In this document: positions 56,533 to 64,000 of the stretch, piece by piece
How the letters are laid out: every line of letters starts with the position of its first letter
Position numbering within the stretch: the stretch's first letter is position 1
Assembly: GCA_965231015.1 (NCBI GenBank)
Contig: OZ246408.1
Span: 481,237-545,236 of the forward strand
Source of the DNA: an uncultured Gammaproteobacteria bacterium
GTDB taxonomy: Bacteria > Patescibacteriota > Patescibacteriia > UBA9934 > CAZDDW01
Reading direction: 5' to 3'
Length of the DNA: 64,000 nucleotides
The notes under the pieces: model-generated
Told to the model about the DNA's origin: nothing
Databases searched by the model: none
The model's input: only the letters and a program-made list of their open reading frames with translations
Position numbers and translations under genes: made by a program

Positions 56533-56765
56533 ATACCAGTAGAATGTAATAGTTACACTGGTTGTATTGTATCGTGTCTGAAATGCTTGGTCAATTCTTA
56601 TAAATAAATGTTCCGCCGACAGGCGGAACTCCATATATTCCCCTCATCAAAAAAGCGTTTCCGTAGCTTTGCGGAGGAAACACCATATTTCCCCTTATAA
56701 AAAAGAAAAAGAAATTTGAAAATTTTTTAAAACAATTGGGCGATAGCCCAGAAAAGAAAAGGAAT

Positions 56766-56794
56766 ATTTCAGCTAACTCGTTTATATGTGAAGT
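56766..56794 (+). other. Half-site at the right array boundary (attI-like or dif-like)
   Basis: ATTTCAGCTAA-CTCGTTT-ATATGTGAAGT; no closing hairpin before the mrdA stop. Confidence 0.45.
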
Positions 56795-56840
56795 AAAGTT
56801 CGGATAAAGTATGGATTTAAGATAATATCCGATCCTAATC

Positions 56841-58805
56841 TTACCTATTATCAAACCACCATGTAAAGATGTCACGGGCGATAGGGACGGCCACACTTGA
56901 TCCCTCCCCTCCGTTCTCAATCAATACGGCCATGGCGATTTCTGGCGACTCATATGGTCCAAACCCGGTAAACCAGGCGTGGTTTTCTGCGTCACCTCCG
57001 ACCTGAGCGGTTCCGGTTTTACCGGCCACCTTCTCAGAAGAACCGGCCATGTAACGGGCTGAACCATCAGTTACAGTTTGCCGCATTCCCGAGCGAACGA
57101 TTTCGATTGTATTGTCTGACACCACCTGATCATTAACTATGCTTGGTGGATTTATCACTTCCCCATCTTCTGCCCAAAAAGAGCGAATTACTCTTGGTTC
57201 ATAGAGTGTTCCACCGTTAGCAAACACGGTGGTCGATAAAGCCATTTGAAGCGGGGTCACCAATATATCTCCCTGTCCAATGGCTAAATGGTAAGTGTCA
57301 CCAATGTACCAGCGTTCACCCTTGACCTCCTCTTTCCATTCTTTGCTTGGTAGGAATCCAGTTGCTTCACCGGGTAAATCAATTCCGGTTTGGGAGCCGA
57401 GTCCAAACTTGGCCGCGTACTCAGTAATACGAGCAACTCCGAGACCAATAAAGTCATAATCTTCATGCCCACCTCCGACGATGTAGAAAAAAGTATTGAC
57501 GGAGTCAGCAATGGCTTTGCGAACATTTGTTATCCCGTGTCCACCTGCCCGCCAGTCAGGGAAAAACCATTCCGTTATTCTGACTCCTCCTACAGACAAG
57601 AAGCTGGTGCGCTCATCAATAATCCCTTCTTCTAGGGCGGCGCTGGCTACGATTGGTTTAAAAGTTGAGCCCGACGGGTATTCTCCAGAAATAGCTCGGA
57701 AGAACAGTGGCTGGTTATCATCATTGATTAAAGCCGAGTAATTTTCTGTGTCGATTCCACCAGAGAAGTCATTGCTGTCAAAAGATGGAAGGCTGACCAT
57801 TGATAGTACCTCGCCATTGTTTGGATCTATTACAACCACACTGGCTTTTCGGCTATTTGATGTTTTTTGGTATTCGATTAAACGGTCTTCGATGTATTCT
57901 TGAAGATCCGCATCAATACTCAGGCGGATATTGTAGCCATTCTGTGCTTCTTCATGAGTAAGCACGGTGACTTCTTGACCGAGCGCATCCACTTCCACAA
58001 TTTTTCTTCCCGGAATTCCTCGTAAAAAGGCCTCGTATGTTTTTTCGATTCCCTGCCGACCAATTTCTTCGCTACGACGGTATCCTTGTTCCAGGTACTG
58101 ATCAATTTCTTCTGCATTGATTTTACCCATGTAGCCAAGCAGATGGGAAAGAGACAGGGCTCGATCAGTGGCATAGTCACGCTTGGTGTTCAGATAAATT
58201 TTTACACCGCGCAAAAAATGGTTTGAAGTTGCCATGCGCAAGGCAGCCTCATAATCCATGTCACGAGCCACTGGAATAGGTTCTAATGGCACGGAGGAGT
58301 ACTCGGAAAGGAGATTTTCAATATCGAGTGGGTTTTGTCCGGTGGCTTCGGCAATGGTTTGAATCACCAAGGATCGCTCGTGCTCGTCTTCGGGTAGATC
58401 AGCCGCGGTGATTGCAACCGTAAAAGTGGAAACATTGTCTACCAGGGTGGAACCGTTTCGGTCGTACACTACCCCGCGCATTGGTGAAATAACCTCAATA
58501 CGAATCCGATTCCCTTCAGCTAACACTCGATAGTTGCCCCCTTCAATAACCTGAAGTTGAGCCGCCCTCCCCATAAAAATTCCGAAAACCAGTATGGTTA
58601 TGACGAGCAAATTTCGTAAAGTTTTCTTTTTTACTGTTTTGCTGATGTACTCACTCGAACGCGTTTCTTTAGTTTCCGTGATGATAGCCTCATTAATTTC
58701 ATGTTCCCGGTCTTCCTTATCCAAATTATAATTTTTAAAAACGTCCTTTTCTATTCCAAAAGGGTTAATAGATTGGTTAGATTGTCGGTGTTTAAACCAC
58801 TTCAT
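56841..58805 (-). CDS. mrdA: Penicillin-binding protein 2
   Basis: GSTFKP, SVN, KTGTAQ; in the mreBCD operon. Confidence 0.95.
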   Translation of the reverse strand: MKWFKHRQSNQSINPFGIEKDVFKNYNLDKEDREHEINEAIITETKETRSSEYISKTVKKKTLRNLLVITILVFGIFMGRAAQLQVIEGGNYRVLAEGNRIRIEVISPMRGVVYDRNGSTLVDNVSTFTVAITAADLPEDEHERSLVIQTIAEATGQNPLDIENLLSEYSSVPLEPIPVARDMDYEAALRMATSNHFLRGVKIYLNTKRDYATDRALSLSHLLGYMGKINAEEIDQYLEQGYRRSEEIGRQGIEKTYEAFLRGIPGRKIVEVDALGQEVTVLTHEEAQNGYNIRLSIDADLQEYIEDRLIEYQKTSNSRKASVVVIDPNNGEVLSMVSLPSFDSNDFSGGIDTENYSALINDDNQPLFFRAISGEYPSGSTFKPIVASAALEEGIIDERTSFLSVGGVRITEWFFPDWRAGGHGITNVRKAIADSVNTFFYIVGGGHEDYDFIGLGVARITEYAAKFGLGSQTGIDLPGEATGFLPSKEWKEEVKGERWYIGDTYHLAIGQGDILVTPLQMALSTTVFANGGTLYEPRVIRSFWAEDGEVINPPSIVNDQVVSDNTIEIVRSGMRQTVTDGSARYMAGSSEKVAGKTGTAQVGGDAENHAWFTGFGPYESPEIAMAVLIENGGEGSSVAVPIARDIFTWWFDNR

Positions 58806-59317
58806 GAGTTTGTGCGGCGTAAGGCCAGGCTTTTACGTAAGGTTTGGTTAGTTTGAAACACCAGAAAGGTGAGAACAATGAAAGAAAATGTTTGTGCGGT
58901 TAGGTAGACTAGATTTTGGGTCAGGTTAATTTCAGTATTAAGGAAGAAGGAAGTAATGGCGTGAAAACCAAAATGAATTGCAAAAACAGCAAGCAAGGTT
59001 AGAAGTCCGCAACCTATAATTCCGTAAAGAGAGCGGTTTGAGAAAATACTTCTGGACAGCAGAAAGGCCAGCATACCAGCAACAAAATAAATAATTGTTT
59101 CTCCTGGCATGTATCCGATTTGCAATATGTCCAGATACAGTCCATAACCAACAAGCCACCAAATGCCCATGGTTGAGCCGCGGTGCTGAATTACATAAAT
59201 TGCTGCGGTAAATAATAAAGGGGTGTAAGCAAGAGGTGCACCAAGTGATGCGAAAAAACTGGTCTCTACAGCAGTGAGAAAAAGTAAGGTAAAAAATGCC
59301 AGAAAGATACTTGTCAT
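58802..59317 (-). CDS. mreD: Rod shape-determining protein MreD-like
   Basis: Multi-TM protein with G...D motif, between mreC and mrdA. Confidence 0.65.
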   Translation of the reverse strand: MTSIFLAFFTLLFLTAVETSFFASLGAPLAYTPLLFTAAIYVIQHRGSTMGIWWLVGYGLYLDILQIGYMPGETIIYFVAGMLAFLLSRSIFSNRSLYGIIGCGLLTLLAVFAIHFGFHAITSFFLNTEINLTQNLVYLTAQTFSFIVLTFLVFQTNQTLRKSLALRRTNS

Positions 59318-59318
59318 A

Positions 59319-60113
59319 TTAAGGTTCTGTAATCACGGTTACGAATTGATATCGTCGGTAATCAATGACCGGTTCAATTACCGCTGATTTAAACGGGTCA
59401 GTATCAGATGAAGTGATTGAGTTGATGATACCAATAGCCAGGCCGTATGGTACTGCTTCTTCCAGTCCTGAAGTCACCACGATTTCATTTATGTTCAATT
59501 CTGTTTCTTGAGGAATGAATTGGAAGTCAAGTAAAAATCCGGATGAACCCTCAACTAATCCCAGAGTTCGGTCTTTGTTTAAAATGGTGGCGGCTGTACT
59601 GCTAGCTCGGTCAGAGAGAAAACGTACTGTAGAGGTTGTATTAGTGGTGGCCATTATCTTGCCCAATAAAACACCACTATCAACAATGACCGGATCACCC
59701 GGTTCAATTCCTGCGTCTGACCCCTGATCAAGCGTGGCGGTGTTAGAGTTAGGAGAAATGGAACGGGTTGTGATCGCGGCAGTGATTGAATCATTTTCGT
59801 GTTCAAATAGATATTCAAGTTGTAACTTCAAAGAAGCGTTTTCATCACGTAAAGTTTCCAGTTCAGATTGGTAAACTGCGAATGACTCCAGTTTATTTTT
59901 TAGATCCCGGTTCTCACTGACCAGGGCCGACCGGGTTTGAAAAAAATCTGAGGTTCCCTGGAGCCAAGTTCCAGCACTCACCAGAGGTCGTTGAATCAGG
60001 GCTAATCCTTTGGCAGCCTGTCCACTGATTAGTAAAACCAACAATATTAAGACCGCACCAATCAACATGACGGTAAACGTCCGTCTCATTTTTTTGGCCG
60101 GCCTTATATTCAT
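59319..60113 (-). CDS. mreC: Rod shape-determining protein MreC
   Basis: EN..L coiled coil, DQGSDAGI, VVTSGL. Confidence 0.9.
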   Translation of the reverse strand: MNIRPAKKMRRTFTVMLIGAVLILLVLLISGQAAKGLALIQRPLVSAGTWLQGTSDFFQTRSALVSENRDLKNKLESFAVYQSELETLRDENASLKLQLEYLFEHENDSITAAITTRSISPNSNTATLDQGSDAGIEPGDPVIVDSGVLLGKIMATTNTTSTVRFLSDRASSTAATILNKDRTLGLVEGSSGFLLDFQFIPQETELNINEIVVTSGLEEAVPYGLAIGIINSITSSDTDPFKSAVIEPVIDYRRYQFVTVITEP

Positions 60114-60121
60114 GGAATTTT

Positions 60122-61174
60122 TTAAATGATTCCCTGATCAGTGGTGGAAGGAAGGGTTACGTCAGAAAGCAACGATTGATTATCTAGTAGAGCGCCCGCT
60201 CCCCGAGCAACACAGGTGAGCGGGTCTTCAGCAATGCGTACCGGAATTTGTGCGGCTTCTGCAATTGCCTTGTCTAGTCCGCGTAGTAACGCTCCCCCAC
60301 CGGTCAACACAATACCGCGTTCATAAATGTCTGCAACCAATTCTGGTGGGGTGACTTCAAGGGTTGATTTAATGTTGTCAATGATAGTTTTGATTGATTT
60401 TCCGATTGCGTCTCTCACTTCTTCGTCAGTGACCAATAATTCTTTCGGTAAACCGGTGATCAAGTCTCGACCACGCATTTGCATCTCAAGGCCTTCTTCA
60501 AGCTCAATGATTGAGCCGATTCGTATTTTTACCTGTTCGGCTACCCGTTCTCCGAGTAAAAGATTGAAGTTTTCCCGAGCGTATTGGATGATATTTTTAT
60601 TTAATTCTTCTCCGGCAATAGAAAGTGACTTCCAGGTTACCACGCCAGAAAGTGAAATTACAGCAATCTCAGTGGTACCACCTCCAATATCAACAATCAT
60701 TGAGCCAACTGAATCAGTCACTGGTAAACGTGCTCCGATCGCCGCCAGCATTGGCTCTTCAACCAAGTGGACGGAGCGGGCTCCGGCTGAAAGTACAGCG
60801 TCTTCAGCGGCCTTACGTTCCACTTCTGTGATCTCTAAAGGCACTCCAATAACCACGTTCGGACGTGGCACAATAGTGAAAGATTCCTGGTGAACACTAT
60901 CAATGAAATACTTTAACATCTTCTCTGCTACTTCAAAATCAGAAATAACTCCCTTGTTTAGTGGCTTTGTAATTTTGATATGCGGAGGAGTTTTACCAAG
61001 CATATCCTTGGCATCCTTTCCAACAGCCACTATTTGATCAGTCCTGGTGTTGATAGCCACAACAGAGGGTTCATTTATTATGATCCCCTTCTCTTTTACA
61101 AAAACTAACGTGTTGGCGGTTCCAAGGTCTATTCCCAAATCTTTTGAAAAGCGTCCAAACAGTTTTCCAAGCAT
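60122..61174 (-). CDS. mreB: Rod shape-determining protein MreB
   Basis: GIDLGTANT, VDIGGGTTE, LTGGGALL. Confidence 0.97.
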   Translation of the reverse strand: MLGKLFGRFSKDLGIDLGTANTLVFVKEKGIIINEPSVVAINTRTDQIVAVGKDAKDMLGKTPPHIKITKPLNKGVISDFEVAEKMLKYFIDSVHQESFTIVPRPNVVIGVPLEITEVERKAAEDAVLSAGARSVHLVEEPMLAAIGARLPVTDSVGSMIVDIGGGTTEIAVISLSGVVTWKSLSIAGEELNKNIIQYARENFNLLLGERVAEQVKIRIGSIIELEEGLEMQMRGRDLITGLPKELLVTDEEVRDAIGKSIKTIIDNIKSTLEVTPPELVADIYERGIVLTGGGALLRGLDKAIAEAAQIPVRIAEDPLTCVARGAGALLDNQSLLSDVTLPSTTDQGII

Positions 61175-61277
61175 ATTTCATTAAAGTCCCGTTCGACGGG
61201 ATATAAAAAATAAAGGCATTATTGAGCCTTCATTTTAACTCATCTAAACCTTGGTGGCAAGACAAAATTGGATACAA

Positions 61278-61679
61278 TTATTGTTCAGGGGTGTGTGTTC
61301 TACTGGTTCTTTTAGCAGTCAAGAAAAATAGTTCCAATAGACTCAAAACGATGATGATGAGTAGTCCTGCCCACCAGTACAAAATATCTCGTGAAAGCAG
61401 GATAAGGGATCCTGCAAGAAGCGCCGCAAACCAAATTGCTTGGCGAAATGAGACAGTAACTTCCCTACTGATAACGTCTGGACGTTTTACTAGAACACGT
61501 AGGCTGACTCCTGCGATTGAGAACGATCCGATTAATGCGACAGCGAGAGTAAGATAAAAAAATAAAAAACCGACAATCGAAGTTTCAACCGGGTCAATCG
61601 TAAACAAAGTTACAGCCCAGGTAATCCATGCGCCGATCGTTCCAATACTCATTACTAATAAGAAATGTTTAAACGTCAT
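61278..61679 (-). CDS. Four-TM membrane protein
   Basis: Hydrophobic segments with SFRQA motif. Confidence 0.7.
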   Translation of the reverse strand: MTFKHFLLVMSIGTIGAWITWAVTLFTIDPVETSIVGFLFFYLTLAVALIGSFSIAGVSLRVLVKRPDVISREVTVSFRQAIWFAALLAGSLILLSRDILYWWAGLLIIIVLSLLELFFLTAKRTSRTHTPEQ

Positions 61680-62014
61680 GTGATTAGCAACCCATCATCA
61701 TCGTACCATAAATCAGCTTCAGTTTTAATACGTGTTCTGACTTGCTTCAGATTCATTTCAGGAATCGCTCGGTGCATGTAATTGCGAAGTTCATTTTCAT
61801 GGCTCACGATCTCATTAGCCACCACGCTTGAGGTACAGTCGATATTTAAAGTCCCGAATTTATAACTGCAAGCTCGAGCAAGTCGATACTGCTCCCCAAG
61901 CAAATCTTTTAAATACACATTACAGGTATCAATAATCCCAGACGCTTCAAGCTGCCGCCCAATTTTAGCGCGGTTGACAGAGTCTTGGAGGTAATTACTA
62001 AGTGGCTTCATCAT
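61676..62014 (-). CDS. DciA/DUF721-like protein
   Basis: G.L.I.C.SS..A.E pattern; size fits. Confidence 0.55.
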   Translation of the reverse strand: MMKPLSNYLQDSVNRAKIGRQLEASGIIDTCNVYLKDLLGEQYRLARACSYKFGTLNIDCTSSVVANEIVSHENELRNYMHRAIPEMNLKQVRTRIKTEADLWYDDDGLLIT

Positions 62015-63999
62015 AACTTTCTAAACTCACAAATATCCTTAAAGTCGCAGAATTGGCAGGAGAAACCTGGAGTGGCGTCGAACTTGCTCGCCTTAATCTT
62101 ATCATAAAACTGATTCATTTTGTCACGGAGCTTATCGAGCTCTTTTTCGGTTCCGAGAAACGAGATCTGCGAGTTATCCTCAAGGTAGTGAAAAGTAAGT
62201 TTAACTGGTTGGTAACCGAGCGACTCGGCCGCGGCGAGCTGGTAAATCAAGAGTTGTTCTTTGTCATCGAAGGTGAGTTTTTCTTTTGGTTTGCCGGTCT
62301 TGTAATCTATAATCTCAACCCCGCCTTCAGCTTCGTCAATCCTATCGATCCGTCCTTTGATCACCAAGTCCTCATGCTTCAAAGTGAAGCCAGCCTCAAG
62401 GGCGATTGGCTTTGGTTGCTCGGTTTCGATCTGCTTGTAAAAGTCTTTAAGGGTCTTTCTTCCGGTGGCTCGGTACTCTTCCCTGAGTCCATCATTCGGG
62501 TACCACTCATCGATCCAGTGTTCCTTGTATATTTCTAGTAGCTCATCGACTCCAACTGGAATCGCATCGGTCGGTGCTTCCTCTCCCTCACCAAATAAAT
62601 CTTGCTGTGAGTTTTTGGTCCGCTCAATCCATCGTCTAAAGTATTCTTGTAAAGTGTTGTGCATGGTTTTTCCAAAAGACATTTGATATTTACCAAGCAC
62701 TGGAATTTTAAGTAGGTGTGCGAACTTGTATTGTAACGGACAGGTATTAAAGGCTCGGATTTGGGTGAATGAGAACTGTTTTGGAAGCTGGTATGTAATT
62801 TTGTTGTACTTGCCTTCCGTAGCCTTGGCGGAGGATGGGTCTTCGAACGGCCCAACCGCTTCCGTTGGTTTGGTCGAATCATTAATTAGTCCGATCTCGT
62901 GCAGGAAGCGCGACATTTTACGCTTACGAACACCGCCATAGTCTTCTGCAGAGGTCAGATACAGCTCGTCTTTGGCTCGTGTGACCGCGACATAAAATAA
63001 TCGACGTTCTTCTTCTAGATGAACATCTCCTTCTGGTACCCTGTCTTTAATCAGTCCATCCGGTAATGGAATAGCTTCCTTGCGTTCACTTGTCGGAAAG
63101 CGTCGGTCGATCAAGTTGGTCACAAAAATATATTTGAACTCCAACCCTTTTGAACCATGCACGGTCATAATTTTCACCGTGTCCGGTCCGGTCTCAATGT
63201 CGAACTGCAGGCTTCCCTCTTCTCCGGCAGAACGTTCATGCTCAAATTCGGCTAAGAAGTTTTTAAGAACCGGGTGGTCGTGCCGGGCCTCGAATCGTTT
63301 AACGCGCTCAAAAAACTGATGCAGGTAGCGAAACGAGTCATGTTTGGTTTGTTCGTCTAGTCCGTTAATCCATTCTAAGAGCCCGGTCTTCTGCACTGTG
63401 TTCACTATAATCTCGGTAACGTTTTTGGTTTTAGCTTCTTGAGAGAGTTCGTTTGTAATCGAGATCACGTTTTCAATCTTGCTAGCAGTCTCTTCTTTGA
63501 TTCCGTCTACTGCTCGAATCGTTTTTAAGATATCGAAACTAGTCTTTCCTGCTTTATCAGCCTCTAAGTTCAGTTTCGCGATCTCTTCGTGGCTGATATC
63601 AAACATGGGGTGGGTCAGAAGGCGGTACCAAGCCGGGCTGTTGTATGGGTTGTCGATGATATTGAGATAAGCTACCAAGTCCATAACAGTGGGTTTCGTG
63701 TATAGTCCTCGCAAAGCCAGAAATTGATACGGGATACCGCGGCGTTCAAGCGCAGATAAAAAGTCGTTAGCTGCATCGTTGGCTCGAACCAGGATTCCAA
63801 AGTCGCTCCAAAGGGCATCGGGGTTCTCGGTTCTAATTTTCATGATTTGGTCAGCTACTCCTTCGATCTCTTGTTCAAGTGTTACATAGTGCAAGTGTTC
63901 AATTTTGCCCTCGTGATTAAGTTGAGATGCGAGTTCTTTGGAAAGTCCCTCCCGTTCTAAACGATTCGGGTTGTTCATCTGTATAAACTTGTAAGCATG
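62011..63999 (-). CDS. UvrD/AddA-like helicase with C-terminal PD-(D/E)XK nuclease (5' truncated by window)
   Basis: ILVRAN, MTVHGSKGLEF, EERRLFYVAVTRA, GRIDRID..IIDYKTG, Fe-S cysteines. Confidence 0.9.
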   Translation of the reverse strand, partial: HAYKFIQMNNPNRLEREGLSKELASQLNHEGKIEHLHYVTLEQEIEGVADQIMKIRTENPDALWSDFGILVRANDAANDFLSALERRGIPYQFLALRGLYTKPTVMDLVAYLNIIDNPYNSPAWYRLLTHPMFDISHEEIAKLNLEADKAGKTSFDILKTIRAVDGIKEETASKIENVISITNELSQEAKTKNVTEIIVNTVQKTGLLEWINGLDEQTKHDSFRYLHQFFERVKRFEARHDHPVLKNFLAEFEHERSAGEEGSLQFDIETGPDTVKIMTVHGSKGLEFKYIFVTNLIDRRFPTSERKEAIPLPDGLIKDRVPEGDVHLEEERRLFYVAVTRAKDELYLTSAEDYGGVRKRKMSRFLHEIGLINDSTKPTEAVGPFEDPSSAKATEGKYNKITYQLPKQFSFTQIRAFNTCPLQYKFAHLLKIPVLGKYQMSFGKTMHNTLQEYFRRWIERTKNSQQDLFGEGEEAPTDAIPVGVDELLEIYKEHWIDEWYPNDGLREEYRATGRKTLKDFYKQIETEQPKPIALEAGFTLKHEDLVIKGRIDRIDEAEGGVEIIDYKTGKPKEKLTFDDKEQLLIYQLAAAESLGYQPVKLTFHYLEDNSQISFLGTEKELDKLRDKMNQFYDKIKASKFDATPGFSCQFCDFKDICEFRKL

Positions 64000-64000
64000 G

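Larger units (their letters stand above)
43240..56777. mobile_element. Integrase-less gene-cassette array (CALIN-like or Xer-type) with seven cargo cassettes
   Basis: Alternating GTT...AAC cassettes and AAC...GTT hairpin sites; mostly AT-rich accessory/defence cargo; no recombinase in the window. Confidence 0.8.

Noticed and set aside
43240-56777. Prophage, IS/transposon or diversity-generating retroelement
   Set aside because: No structural, transposase, integrase or reverse-transcriptase gene, and no TR/VR pair with A-specific mismatches was seen.

Overview
This window looks like Patescibacteria (CPR, Parcubacteria-like) chromosome read in genetic code 11. That assignment is inferred from an RpoA lacking its CTD, a short AlaRS, a degenerate PriA, PaaX/Cas2-like paralogs and a CPR-type Cys-rich protein. 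Housekeeping blocks are murJ-alaS, infA-rpmJ-rpsM/K/D-rpoA-rplQ-rplM-rpsI, a glycan cluster, fmt-def-priA, clpB with a perfect CIRCE, gltX, pgi-ftsQ-like-alr-serS-lysS-greA and mrdA-mreDCB-uvrD-like. Four things stand out. (1) At 43.2-56.8 kb there is an integrase-less array of seven cargo cassettes: an EcoRI-like RM plus ATPase, an HpaII-like RM plus PHP-ATPase, a KNTase, a NUDIX and hypotheticals. They are separated by attC-like AAC...GTT hairpins, each cassette is closed by its own terminal inverted repeats, a 160-bp unit containing an empty 35-bp cassette occurs three times, and the array ends in dif-like half-sites. (2) A 75-nt tRNA-like gene has an alanine acceptor stem (G3-U70, A73) but a GAG anticodon, and its leader/mini-ORF is complementary to its anticodon arm. 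(3) A ~520-nt highly structured non-coding region has a strong promoter and a terminator. (4) Two PaaX/Cas2-like genes are each bracketed by direct copies of a 36-38-bp CGATCG-centred palindrome. All structure calls were made by eye; no searches were run.
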